This document shows positions 40,911 through 54,700 of a stretch of DNA of 63,019 bases, one piece after another. The position numbers and the translations under genes were made by a program. The DNA is from Catajapyx aquilonaris (lineage: Eukaryota), in contig KZ538558.1 in assembly GCA_000934665.2 (NCBI GenBank), forward strand, positions 1-63,019, read 5' to 3'. Below the pieces are notes generated by a model. The model did not search any database, was not told the DNA's origin, and saw only the letters and a list, made by a program, of their open reading frames with translations. Each line of letters opens with the position of its first letter. Within the stretch, counting starts at the first letter, position 1.

Positions 40911-41141
40911 AAGAAGGCAGAAGAAAATTACTGTTTTTTTGGTCCTGGCTAATTTATGGGTTAACTAAATTTGCATTTTTGTGAATTTAAGATTCATTAA
41001 TAAATGCAGTAGTGTGCATTTTAAAGGAGGACAATTTGTGCATTCGTTGGAGAAGTGACGATTTGGCTATAACAGACATCAATTATAACGGACTTTTTTC
41101 CCGCGGTTCCTTGAAGTACATGTTATATCCAGATTCACCTG
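40169..41141. mobile_element. pogo/Tigger-like MITE interrupted by a SINE
   Basis: CAGTTGACTTCGGATATAAC at 40169 and GTTATATCCAGATTCACCTG ending at 41141, with repeated tataac(a/g)gac subterminal motifs. Same termini as 23051-23456. Confidence 0.65.
40533..40909 (+). mobile_element. tRNA-derived SINE with (ATT)n tail
   Basis: A-box-like TGGTGCTGCGG (40545-40555), B-box GGTTCGAACCC (40588-40598), ~250-bp body and a tail of ~20 ATT repeats (40849-40909). Possible degenerate TSD gaagacaga/gaaggcaga. Confidence 0.85.
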
Positions 41142-44100
41142 CATAATTATAATAGTCAGATTTTGGTGTCAAGTTCCTCGGCGTAACATAAACTGTTAAT
41201 TTCAAACGTTGCTGCAGCACCGGTTGCGCGAATTTGGTGCTGTGGGGGGAATTATTTTCGGTACCCTTTAATTGCCACTGCAAAAAAAGTGCGGAAAAGT
41301 TGAGGGCTGTTGCGTGCTGCCCTGAATGGTTTTTGCGGGGCAGGAACCGGGAAAGTCTGCAGCCATATAATCAAGGGGTCCTACAAGGAAAAGTTCAAAA
41401 CCATTGTCACAGCTTGTGCATCTCCCTGTTATATATGCATTGACATTAAGACGTATGCTGATTCAGTTTGGAATTAATTGAAGGTATCATCACTTTTGCA
41501 TTTATCGTTCAAGTAAAGCGACTGAGATAATTTGTGTGTGTGTTTGTTGCATGGTTCTGGTCCACCTTCCCGTATGCTGAAAGCATCTATGTCCCTGGAC
41601 ATGTATAATTCCCATCTCGAAGGAGGAAAGGTGGGAGTTGTGGGTGGGAAGGGGGAGAGGGAAGGAGGTCGGTGGCTGATCTGCATAATTGGGGGGGAAG
41701 AGCTCCATGCTGAGTTGGGAAACTTGGTACAGTTGGCGCTTCTTAAGAAAGAGCGTCGAGGGAAGGATACCCCCTCCTTAGCCACCCACCCACCTCCATC
41801 CTCCTCTTTTAGTCCGATGCTGTGTCTCTTACCATTGGGTCCCATCAGAGGCGGTAAAGTGCTAAGGAGGCCTGTTAAGAAACCGCTTCATGCAAGGCAG
41901 AGTCGCCTAGTGCGCGTGTAAGGAGAGCGATAATCAGCCAGGACGTGTTTTCATTACCCTACGCCACCTCCAAGATACAGCTCCAGGGCAGGAGGAGGAG
42001 AAGGGGAAGGGGGGATGGGTTCTGAGAGAGGGGGGATAAAGAGTCTTGTAACCTTCCGCAACTAGAGTCTCGCAGGAGACATGATCCTTAGATCATAAAG
42101 TGGCTGCGGGAGATATCAACCATTCTGGGGGGATACTCAAAATAATAAGCACCCACCAAATGGGGATTCCAGTCGACTATTACACAACCCGGTTATTTTC
42201 TCACTCTCTCCCATATTAGGTATGCTGCCACTATATGTGTTCGTATATAACGAGAGGAAGCGGTATATGTTAATAGGGAAACTTCCCTCAAGCATTGATA
42301 TAAGTTTGATATTAAAACTACCATGAAGTATAGCGTGAAATTGAATCGGAAAAGGGGCCCACTTATACACCATCACCCTTCTGAACTTCACAGCAGGAGA
42401 AGCATCAGTAAAAACGCATTTCAGATGTGTACACCTGAAATGTATATGAAATATATAGTGTATTATATAGGCACAGATTTTCACACCATGTGTATTTTGA
42501 TCTTGACATCACTCTAACTTTGATATGTACAGTATATATAGTAGGTGGCAACAAAATAATGTTTCAGGCTGTCATTGTAATGAAGTTATTGCTTAGAACT
42601 ACCAATTTTCCTAAATAAAATCTGGGCTGACATTCTAATTATTATTATTATTTTGGTTGAACTGTCCTGATGGAATTACCCGAATTGAAGCAGTTTACTT
42701 TCAACCTTTCCCAGTCAGTATCAACCTTATAGTTAGGCATTTAGGTTAATACCTGATCTTCAATTATCTGGTGTTTCCCTCAGAGTATATTGTGAAAGTG
42801 ACATACGTAGGTTTCTTGGATATGAACTTTTTCTAAGAGTTCCCCCGTCTTTGAAGTGGAGAGAACTTAGCCTTAATCACACGATTAACTTAAGCCATTG
42901 CTTAAGCCCCTTCAGTACTTATCAGAACGTGATTGTAGCCTCCAATATCTCAATTTTGGACCTGTGCTCTTTTCTTTCTCAAAGTTTCAATTGCTTTGGG
43001 TGTTTTTGTGGTGTACATCGTACTTTATATGAAATATGTTTTAAGAACTGTCACTCAATGTATAGCTACTTGAAGTGTCACTTCAAGTGTCTCAATAACC
43101 GTATTTCTAGATGATTTTCAGCAGCATTTCGCAATATTTGAAAGGCTTATGTAGACGGAACACCCAACAGCATACTGTATATAATAATATGATTTAATTA
43201 TAAATAATTATTATATTTATAAAACTGAGGACATGCCATCATTGAACGTTCCAGAATAAAGATGCTGATAAATTCGTTCAAGATAATGAACTTTTGTATT
43301 TTAGTTGTTATATTTCGGTAAAATAACATTGACTTTGTACATTCTGGCTATAAAATGACATTTTCCATATAAATAGGTGGAAGTGTCGGGTATTATTCAG
43401 ATTTTTATGCGCCATGTCCAGAGCTTTTCTTGTCTGCTGTCCTGACCATCAAGGTTTGCTGCCATTTCAATAAGTAGGTCAAGTACAAGTGGATGAGATG
43501 ATTGTAGTACAGAGAGATGTGTGTTTAATATTAATGTCCTCTTGCTCATATTGTTCATGCAGTCATGTTGCAAATCGACAGGAGTGTTTACAATAAAGAA
43601 AAGCAACATACGAGACCAAAAAAAAGAGAAGCTTAATGCTCAAACATACTGTAATCGGGGTGTTCGAAATATCAGTGTCGAATATTGTTATACTAACTCA
43701 TTATGTTCTGTAGTAGCCTATATATACGTATATGTCAGAAATACAGGGATTGAATATTTTCTTAAACCATGACTGTAAACTTTCCAAGGTTCTTACGTGA
43801 TCGTGGGAAAAAAACATGCCCATACACATTGTATGCAAATTTTGCGGCCGTTTTTAGAAGCATATTTGCGTTTCGCTCCCGAGTTTATTTAAATGACTTA
43901 TGGTGGATGATGCACACCTTGTATACACGACAATTTCCAACATTTCTTTAAAAATGATTCTTTCAAAAAAAAAAAACTCGGTTCAACTGATGGTCAAGCT
44001 TTTTAAAGTGCTGGGATAAAATAAACGGGGCGACATACAGCCGTCATGTGTATACCAAATTGGATTCAAAAATAATTACAAATTCCGCGTTACAATATGG

Positions 44101-47100
44101 GGCACAGCGGGTATGCTGAATGGCAAAGAGAACTGCGAAAATACCCGACTAATCGCTCCAATATCGATACTGGCACCCACTGGTGCCTGTAATTAAGGGA
44201 TTAATTTCACTCGCTTTTGCAAAATCAATTAATCGAGCGGGTTAGGTTGACAACCCTCCCTCATCTGTCCCCCCCCCCTCTCTCTCCCCCTCTATTACAT
44301 ACATGGCCTGGGAATTTGCCCTTTCCTCCCATTCTATATACATATGTGCGTGTGCCGGTGTATCGTTTTATTTCACCACCACCAGCAGAAGATCCTCTCA
44401 GTTGCAAAAATCCTGTTCACGTTCTGGTTTGGTTATTGCCTAAAACATTGTTTGCGCAATTCCCTTGGCAAAAAAATGAGGAGGATACTTTGCACTGCTC
44501 TGCTGAACAAGGGACCCAACATGATGGGGGCCTTATTTATAAGATACCTCCCAAAAAGGGTCCCTATTTAGTATGTGGCAGGACTCCCTGCGTTTTGTTT
44601 CAATGTTGTCTTATGAGTTGCGTGCAATGAATAATTTAAAGAGGTCGGATCTTTTCCGTGTCGTCAAATTCATCGTCAATCTGAGACAATAAATAGCCAT
44701 TATTCGAACAGGTTATCTTTATCTGAAACTTGGCTTAATAAAACAGTGTGGGTTACTATAAAGCCGCTGATTAGATCCTAATAACCTTTAGTCATATGCT
44801 GGGTTTCTAATTACGTTAGCAAATAACAGCTGCTGAGTTGTCAGGTCATCCAGTGACAGTAACAGCTTGATTTTTCCCCTATCGTCTATTAACATTCTTC
44901 ATGACTCTATGTAGGCTATTGAGTTGTTGTATAATAGCCTCATTTTATCTGATGGGACGGAGGCAATAGTAACGCACGTAAAGCTACAATGGAATAAGTG
45001 CAATTGATGATCTTATGAGCTACTATATTATTACACATTTATCGGCATATGAAATAAACGTTTGATGATACTTTTCACAGGAAGCTAATATATTTATACT
45101 GAAAGCTAAATATATCAATTATGTATGATAACTGAATCTTATAAATTGGGGCTGATGATTTACGAGTGTAATTTGTAGGAGTGAATTGCTGGTGAATTAT
45201 CAAATGCTCGTTTAAATTTTTTTTTTTTTAGGTCTGAACACCCAGGGCGATCTCACAGTCAGTGATCATCATCGCTTGGTGAGTACAGAGCACATGCAGG
45301 TTGGGGCGCGTTATGTGAGGTGCGATGCTCCTTTTGTTTCCTCCACGCTCGTTTCTTTCATCGTTCCTGCTGGGAGAACTAATAACGAAGCACACCACCA
45401 CCAAAAGCCCACCCCACAACCTCCATCTCTTTCTCTTTCCAAACCCCACAATTAACTTATCCCCGAGACCATCGAGGGCCTCACACGCGATGGTCCGCGT
45501 TACAGGTGTGATGGTCTGCTGTGTACGGGGGTGTGTGTGGGAGTATAGTTATAATCTTCATAGAGATGGAAAAAATGACATCTCTGCTACCAAACTCACT
45601 TTTTGGTATCACTATTACCATCGTAGTTTTTTTTTTTTTTCTGGGTGTGCGGATCCCCCCCTCCTGACCGATGGCCCGGTGCGCACAATCATTTCATGGC
45701 TTCGGGGCCAATGCAGGGCGTGACCAATCGGATTATGTACACACAAAAAAATATCTGGACAAACAGCATTCATAGCCCCCGGAGTCCAGAATGGTTTTCA
45801 CCTGTGTGCATCAACCACAGCAAGACCAATGTTGAAGGGACACTCGTAACTAACACGACGACGCCTTATACAAATGTGTTAAGGGCAATTTTTTGACGCG
45901 TCCCGTGTGAGTGACAAGGTTGATGGCTTGTGTACCACGGGCTTGTTTTTCCTTCCTTCCCATCGCATCAGCAGCAACAACACCACACCTCCTCGTCACC
46001 TGGCGACACAGGTGTGTGCCCCCGGTTTCGTGCTGGGGCCGCCCCTGGAGGCCTTGGGGCGACGCCTCCTTCCTGCCATCTCGTGTTCCCCCGCCGCTGA
46101 TCATCACCCAGATTAAAGCCCCGCTCTGGCTGCCATCTTACATGTCCTACACTTCACTCACCCACTCACAAGCTTCCTTCTCTAATTGCTCACTCCATCA
46201 TACTCAGCAGGCATGGAATCAACCAAAAATGCATTCCCCCCCCCTTTGATATTATAAATAGACGCAAGCCACATTGTCGCGATTGTTGACTTGTAGCAAG
46301 AAGACTTTGAGTCTACAGCTATATGTACGTGTGGCTTCGAAATGAATGCGGTTGCGATGCCAACATGTCGTCACCGCATTGTCTGTCCTCCTGACAGTAA
46401 CATATTGCCCTCTCATTGTGTGCTGGCCACGAATAAATGCCAGCAGGAATCGCCAGAGGAAGGAGGGGCCAGCAAGGGGCCAAAACCAGGGTTTGGCGAT
46501 GGTGTCACTGCCAGCACACAAGTCTGCTAGAGGCTTGACCTCAGGGGCACGTGCGGTGGCGACAGGTCGACGGCTCCGAATTTGTCAAAGAATTAGGACC
46601 GGAAGTTGCATGTCCGAATTTTTAGGGGGGGGGGGGGCTCGCAAAAAAAATCGTGTCCACTGACAAACTAAATGAATAAAATGGCATGGGGCCTTTTTTC
46701 GGTTTAGGGCGAATATCATGTTTGGATAATTATTGATTTTTTTTCCCCCCCGATGTGTTGATTTATGGTCGGTTGATGTGAACCCGGTCGGTGCGATGTG
46801 GAGGAAGTTTGCGGTGAGTGATGTGCAGGGTCGCAGTCTTCTCACACAGATTGGCATCGAGGCGCCGGAAAGGTTTCCTGCGATCGTCGCACACGTGTTG
46901 GGAGGGGGGACCGTTGACGCAACGGATCCGACGTGTAAAGGAAGACTCGGACATCCATCCCCTTCAAGGGCGAAAGGTGACTTTCGTATACACACACACA
47001 CACACACACTGTTTCTCCATCGTCGCTTCGTCAACAGGGCTGCCCATCATCTGCTCTTCCTTTTTTTCCCCCCTTCTGGCTTAATTCCTGGGAAACCGGG

Positions 47101-47666
47101 TCAAGAAGCCGATGAGGGTGGGATCAGATATCAGCTGCGAAAGAGGCCGCTTGGAGGTGACCTTCCCGCGACCGATGGGACACCTGCTTGCATCACGGAA
47201 CCCGGTGACAAATGACCCGACAGTAGTCGTCTGAAGGAGGGGGAAAAGGGAATCAACAAGCTGCGCAAAAACAAGGTGAGGCAACATTGGGATCGGACTA
47301 TATATCTATCTGTCGGTACATGTTGGAACCAAAGTACACAGCCGAAGAAGGTGAGAGCCACCATAATGAGTGGGTGGAAAAGGTCCTTGATGGAATTTCC
47401 CAGTGGCTAGCAGCACTCCCTTTTCCAAAATAATATTCCCTCCCGGTTGCCCTTAGTAACGCGCTAATTAGCGTGTATCATATCTGGGAAGTGTTTCCCA
47501 GCCTGAGCAGCATCCTTCCTCTCTCTCGTGTACAGAGAGAGTATAAAGCCATGATCCAGGCAGGGGCTCCATGCATAATATAATCAAGGAGGGAAATCTC
47601 CATTTCGTCACACCCATCATCTCGTGGGAAAGGCTGCCTTTGGCTCGGATGGGAATAAGAGTCCTT

Positions 47667-47667
<1 letters not shown>

Positions 47668-47698
<31 letters not shown>
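47668..47698. repeat. (CA)n microsatellite
   Basis: About 15 tandem CA units. Confidence 0.9.
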
Positions 47699-47700
<2 letters not shown>

Positions 47701-49307
47701 GTTTTTATCACTAACTTGTGCCAATATTTGCCCAATTAGCCCCCTGATCGAACCTTCCCTTCTTTTTTTTAAAAACATTAAAAAAAAAAGACTGCTGGAG
47801 ACTTCACCTAGGGAATGTGCAAGGAGCGTATTGCACACTCGAGAAATGTATCGCTCAAAAATGAAGATGCAGATCGCGTCATGTACCGGAAGTGTCGAAA
47901 GTTGGTCCGAACCCAGCAAAAGGAGGCGTGACTTGGCTCCTTGTCTGCAAGCAACGAGATCTCTCATCACCCGAACCGGCAAAAAAAAAAAGGAAGGAAA
48001 GGAGAAAGCGGCTCTTTTTTTAATGCATTAGGAGAAGACTTTGGGACCGGCCAAAATATGGTTGGAGAGCATGCGTGTCAGCCCACTATTTTGCATTTCT
48101 GCTCCAACGGAATTCGCAAAACACCGACTACCTCAAAAAAAAAAGGCTACTGTATTTCATCCCCGGCCATGACCAGATTACGAACAGCCGTTAATTAATT
48201 TCGACTTCCTGGAATAATATATTTGGCCCCGCTGCACTGTCACGTGCCAAGCAGCAACTCTTGTCCCTTTTGCCATTGACCTCCTGCATGGTGTGGGGCC
48301 TGAGGGCTAATGAGAACCGTCATCATCTTCGCACCTCCATTCTTCAAACCCTCCCTGACATTTTCAATTACGAGCATTTGCTCGCTTTCAAATATTCTTC
48401 TGATTGCATTTTTTGTTCTATGGGAATTATTAGCAGTGCGCGAGTTAAGCCTAAAAATGACCGTCCAGAATGGGAATAACCAATGTTGGTTCGAGCCTAA
48501 ATGACTCGTATATGATATGTGAGGAGTGTGAAGAGATGCAAGTGGGTTGGGTGGGGGGCATCTTCGGTTATATGGTAGTAGTTGTGGCGTCAAACGAAGC
48601 CAGATTTATGCGTCGGAAAATATGCGTGGCCGACGTGAGCAGACTGGTAAGGACTGATTAGGGTCCGTAGCCTCGGGCAGAAACAACAAGGTATGGCTGG
48701 CTGCTGCACCTACACCCATCTTCCCTTTTTTTAAATTCTTTTTTGTTGTTGTAGATGCTGGGCCAGTCGGCTCGACCTCATTTTTCCAGCTTGATGTAAC
48801 CTGCAGGTCTTAGAGAGAGAGAGGACATACCCAATAACCCGGCAGTAGGCCCCCGTCAATTGAATGAGGTCCCGTTTTGTGAGTGGGTGGGTGGGTTGGT
48901 GGGGGGGAAACGAATTTTCAGGGCCAGACAGTTCACCTTGGCGACATTTCCCAATAGTATGGCCCCCAGGGCACGTGACAACGCATCGGGAATACGAATT
49001 TATTTCCCTCCCTCTCTCCAGGGTTCGACCCTGATTTTTTCCCCCTCTATTCTTTCCTCCTCCTCCTCCTCCCTCCATATATTTCGGGTTCCCCCTTCAG
49101 TGCTCATTCGTCACTGGATGTGCCTCCGTCCATCCGCACCACCAACAGTCGCAACTATTTGTCTCTGCTGAGCCTTCCCCAACCGTGGACACACAAAAAG
49201 ACCAGTCTCACAACACACCGATTTATTGCTGTACTTGCTGGCCCAAAAGTAGTGCCTCACACTTTCATCGCATTACAGTGCAACGTTAGGTAGGTTACAA
49301 TGTTAAG

Positions 49308-49743
49308 GCCTGTTTAGGCTCTCACTATTTCAGCCTCGGTCGCACGACCAGACCAGGGAGCATAATTATACTACATAAGAGGCGCAAACTTCTGTCGGCG
49401 TCTCTATGTTTGGGGCCGTTGCCAAGGCTGGCGACGCCAACGAGGTATAAATAGGGTACAGGCAAAAATAGAGTCCGCCATCTTTGATGGTTTTGGCGGC
49501 CATGGCAACTGCACGGCAAGAACACGCGCGAATCAAAGATGGCGGACCCTATTTTTGCCTGTACCCTATTTATACTTCGTTGGCGTTGCCCACACTTCAA
49601 AATGGCCGCCAGCCTTGGCAACGCCCCAAGCAGAGAGACGCGGAAATCGAATGTTTGCGCCTCTTATGTATAGTATATGCTCCCTGACCAGACGGTGAAG
49701 AGGTCGGGCGACCGAGGCTCAAATCGTGAGGGCATAAACAGGC
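49308..49743. mobile_element. Small palindromic MITE (36-bp TIRs) hosting a nested P-like MITE
   Basis: gcctgtttaggctctcactatttcagcctcggtcgc and gcgaccgaggctcaaatcgtgagggcataaacaggc are imperfect inverted repeats flanking the 49354-49686 insertion. Confidence 0.7.
49354..49686. mobile_element. Fold-back MITE family A, copy 1 (CAGGG termini, 7-bp TSD; P-superfamily-like)
   Basis: CAGGGAGCAT...ATGCTCCCTG with long inverted arms. 7-bp TSD accagac at 49347-49353 and 49687-49693. Confidence 0.9.
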
Positions 49744-51499
49744 TGGTTTTCAGCAGATTCCCCCGTTTGCGCCCGGCTTTTTCAGTCCGGCACTGTTTCT
49801 ATGAACGTATGAACATGTGCGGGTATCCACAGAGAGAGAGCTGACGGCCCCGGGGCGAGGGCGAGGCAGTGTGATGCGCTCGTAAATCCGCGGTGTCTGG
49901 TGATTTATACATGTTTCCCACCTGACGGGACGCTACTGGGCTCCTAAATCTTGCCTGAATCCCTCCTTCTCTCTCCCCTTCTTTTTGGCTGCATGACCTT
50001 TGACCCTCCCCCATCTCTTCCCTCCCTCCACTGCAACCCACAAACCCCCGCCATTGATGGATGCCCCTGTCGCCGTTCAATTGTTCGCCAGGAATCTCAA
50101 CCACGTCGGAATGAAGGGCTCTCTCGACCCCCCCTCATCTCCTTCTTCTTTTTTTCACCCCCCTTAAGGTTGGCTCCACCACCCACAAACAATAAGGTAA
50201 ACAATCAAGACCTTGGTGCTCACTGGTTACGCCCCGATCACATTTGGAAAAAATTAAATTAAATAAAAAAATCCGCCAATTACGAACCAGTTTGTCTCGC
50301 CGATGCTGTAATACCTGGTATATAACCGATGCGGTTTTTTACGGGTCGTACAAACCAGTTGAGACGAATGAGACATCTTGGGATTTACGACCCGTTAATG
50401 AAGCGGACTGCACAGGGCGGTGCACTGCCCATGGATGCCAACAGAATTGTCAGAAAATTATTTCCACATTATTCTACTAATCACCTTATTCTGCCTGTCC
50501 GTGTTGACTCATTAGGTAGTAGTTACCGTACTTTTCCGTTCAATAATTAAGAGGACAGCGGTCATCAGAGAGGGTGGGACCCACTTCAATGACGGCGAGA
50601 CACTGGCTGGTTATAGCACCCTGGTGGGCTTTGTCCGCGCGGTGACTCATCACCAACGTGCATTTAGTACTACTCTCCTCCTGAGAGTGGCAGTAGTGTG
50701 CAGAGGGACAGTCTATGCGCCAACTGGTAGTGGCCTATACGTCCAATTTGGGGGGTGGGCCAAGCAGTGTTGCCAAAATTTGGCAACGAGTTCGCTACTA
50801 GTATAGTTCCACGAGTTGGCAGATCGTGTTGACCTGCGCCGGATTAAAAGTATTATTGGCTGAATAAGAAGAGGAACTGGAGGTATAATTGAGTGGGAGT
50901 CATGAGTGGAATGGTTGTGTCGGGGTAAGCGAATTATCCGGATCCGTATCTCTCCAGGGGGGGTAATAAGGGAGGAAAGGAGGTTTGGTCCCAACAGTGG
51001 CTTCTTCCCTTTTCTTTTTCTTGGAGACTACTACTGGTGGTGGTGCTTCTTTGGCCGTTTTCCCCCAATTAGGCGCCGGCGTCTTGTGCGTCTTGTGCCG
51101 GGTGGCTTAATGACTTGTAAAATGGCGCTTGTCGCGGGTAATTGGGACTCTTGGGCCTGAGCTGAATGGGAAAGTCCAAAGATGGGAGGGGGAAGATGGG
51201 GGGGCAAGACGGGAAGGGGGGGATATATACACTTAGTTCATTATTCATCCCTCATTTCCGGGTGGAGATGATGGGGATCTGGGGCTGGGGATATTGAATG
51301 AGAAACGAACTGACACATTCTCTCTATTGCTACAGGGTGGCACATCCTGAACATCGATAATTTGTTGCTAGGTGTTGCCTGCTGTGACGTGCTACACGCA
51401 GACGTGCAGCTGTACTGAGCAAGTGCAATGTGTTGCAACACCTTTTGCGCAATTATGCTGCGAATCGAAGCAACAGCCACATTTTCTGTACGAATGGTA

Positions 51500-51732
51500 C
51501 AGTGCTGAACATTAATGATATTGCACTGGTGGCGCCACTAGTCGTTTCGGAAAAGAGCGAATCGGACGGCCACCTTCACTTGATCTAAATTTGCCCTCCG
51601 TATGACCACCGTCACTTTGGGAGGGTATTTATATCGAGTGAAGGTGGTCATCCGGAGGCAACTGTCGATTCGCTCTTTTGCCGCCAGTGTCTCTTGGAGC
51701 CACTAGTACGACACCATTAATGTCCAGCACTG
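51500..51732. mobile_element. Tc1/mariner-type MITE family E, copy 1
   Basis: TA-CAGTGCTGAACATTAATG ... CATTAATGTCCAGCACTG-TA, with internal inverted segments (aagagcgaatcg/cgattcgctctt; ccaccttcact/agtgaaggtgg). Confidence 0.85.
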
Positions 51733-54700
51733 TACGACCCTGTAGATGACCCGCATGTTATTGCGGTGTATCAAATGTTATTAGGTTGAGCAGTGGGGAG
51801 AAATAGTCTCGTTAGTGTATAACTTGAGGGGTCGAAATCCAATGCAACACACTCTTCCCCCTCCCCCCTTTTTTTGGCCTTTTTTCTTCTTCTCTTCCAA
51901 TCCCACCCATCCACCCACCCCCAACAGAAGAGTTTGGTTCTCTCAGCTAAGTGGATTGGATGTCCGCTCAGGGATAAAGAATGGCCCGAAAGGTCAGCAT
52001 TGTTGCGGTGGGCTTTTAGCGCTTGATGTTTTTACGGGTGGGTACAGGGTGGGCCAGAAAGTGCATTTGGAGTGTGTATATGATGCCCAGCAGAGATTTG
52101 TGAGGGAGTTGGACCACTTGACTGTGGCTCGGTAGATTTGAGCGAGCCTGTTTCCCCTCCCCGAGTCCAGCACCAGCTTTAATTAATTAGCGTAAAAGCA
52201 GCATGAGTTTGGCGGGGGTAGAGGGGTAGGGGGGAGGGGGGAAGAGACGCCGTTTTGGGAGCATCCATTTTCTGGACGAAATTGCCGACCTTGGCGGTGA
52301 TTTTTCTCTTTTTATGGCCGATGGGGGGGACATGTATATAGGAGAAGGAAAAGGAAGGGAGGGGAAAGGCGGGGGGGGGGCCCTCCATCTTTCCCTTCCT
52401 CCCACCAATTAAATCAAACGGCACCAACTCCCGGATAATTCACCTCCTTTAAGTGCACACGAGATCCTGCCTCTCTCTTTCTTTTTTTAGGTTCCTTCTC
52501 CCCGCAATCCTGAACAAGAAGAAGCGACAACAATCGCGATTTATGGGTCGGAAAAACCAAAAAGAGGATCGATGTACTACACCCAATTTATTTATCCGGA
52601 GAGATGTTGGAGAATCAGCTGATCAATCTTTGGGTACAAAACGGGTATGAAAATAGACGAAGTTATAATTTGACGTCGCATATATTTTTTTTCTGTTGGA
52701 AGGTTGGGTCTTTGGTGACGACCGAGCGAGCATGAGTCTTGGACATAAGAGGCAGCAGATTTGAAGGCGATAGTATAGTTGGCGTAACGCCTTCCGTGAT
52801 GGAAGGTAGACGCCCCACGGAACCCAGACATGCACCAAGCCCAGCCAGACATCTGCATTCTCTCTTGTAAAGACAGAAGGTATATATACACTGCAACCAT
52901 CATTTTTTGAACTGGAATTACCAGCCAGGCACGTGCACCACCACCTAACAAATCATGCTTGTTATACTCACGATTCAAAAACTTACATAACAATTATCAG
53001 ATGTGGAGAGCCTCCACCTGGTAACTCATCCCGAGACCGCCAAAATATATTCAGCTGGAAACTACCGGACCTAAATGAAACTGGTCGTCATATTTCACGG
53101 AGTGTCAGCTGATTGCAAACACGGTCTGAAAAATATTGCACCGAATTTTATGACGTCCATTATTCATCCGTGTGGTAAGAAAGGTTTTGGTTATTACAAA
53201 CAAGCCGGGAACAATTCTCCAGGAAATTCAGTCGACAGATTGGGTTGCTAAGGGAGGCATTGATGGGCATGGTTTCAAACGAGCCAGAAACTGGATTCAT
53301 ATCGCTGTCTTCTTTCCCCCGTATATTTATTTGATGGCCGGACCCAAGAACCGTTTGGAAAGAAGTATAAGATACCCTTCTCGGCAGCTGATAAGTGCGC
53401 AGCCCAAACTAAACTGTTAATAATGACGTCCAATTTCAAGAGGCCAGATAAGTCATTGCTTGCTTAGTTAATTCGGTACGTCCTGCATGCATGACTCGGG
53501 TGACATTAGCATACGTAATTGGTGAAAACGTGTATGGAGTAATTATCTAAAGCGTACGTGTTATGGCGACGGATCGTTAGTGACGGACATGTGTCCTTCA
53601 TCTGAGCGTCCGTCAGTCCATCCGTCAGTCTGTCTGTCGGACCAGAGAAAGGGAATGAAGGTGGGGGAATAAGAAGCGTGGAAAATAAGCAGCAAAGGGT
53701 ATGATTACTGTATAGGGGGGGCAAAGAAGAAGCACGGAAGCAGGAAGTTGCAGGAAGAGGTTTTAATTGGGGAGATACCCGCAAGCCCACCCCCTCTCCC
53801 TATTCCCTAATTACCCGCCCAAATTGGCAGATGATCTTCATATAATCCGAACACCTGCACACGTTAGAGGCCCACACACACTCACACGTGTGTGCATTCC
53901 GGACGGTATTGGTCAGCAGGTGGTCAAGACATAGGGCATCGGAAGCTGACCCCTGACGCACAGCCAGCAGCAAAGCAAAGCCCCCTTGCTGACGCCGCCT
54001 TTCAATCATTCTACCTTCTTCTTCTTCCTCCAGGTCCGCGCTTCATGCATTTATGCATCGGGTATTATTCCTGCCGCGTCGCGGGGGTACACTGACTGCT
54101 GCCGTACCGGCTCCGGAAGGCGGTGCACCCTTTCACAGCCTCTCCATCAACTCGTCGCGTCACAGTCGCTCCTGTCCACTATACACGCCAAAACACAATA
54201 ACACCAAGCTGCTGGTTGCAATCAAACTTGGTCAGCAATCAGTTGTCGTTGTCGTATAGAACATTGTCATAATATTGCAACATGCAAAATTGTATACCAT
54301 ATAGGAAATGTCAAAAAAAAAGTGCAGCACATTCGGACTTCGGAGTGAAATTTTTTTTACGGCGTTTATAACGGTGTACACCTGAAGGTCGGCAAAAATT
54401 TGTTATGCTGCATGTTTGATCGATGTTAAACAGGCATGACCCAAAATGCAGCACGAATTGCACATTTTTTTGGTAATTGTGGTTGCGTGACATTGTGATT
54501 ACCATATACTTTATTGCAACTTATCAGCCGAATTTGCTACATGGCTTACCAAGTTACCACTCGCGGTATGCACTGTCATAAATATGACAAATCACAAACA
54601 AAACTGTGTCGAGAATTGCGCTAAAATTTAATTCTCGCAAATTACGAAAATACGACATTTGCTAAATTATTTTGAGCTGTTTTCCGCAACAAATGAGTAG

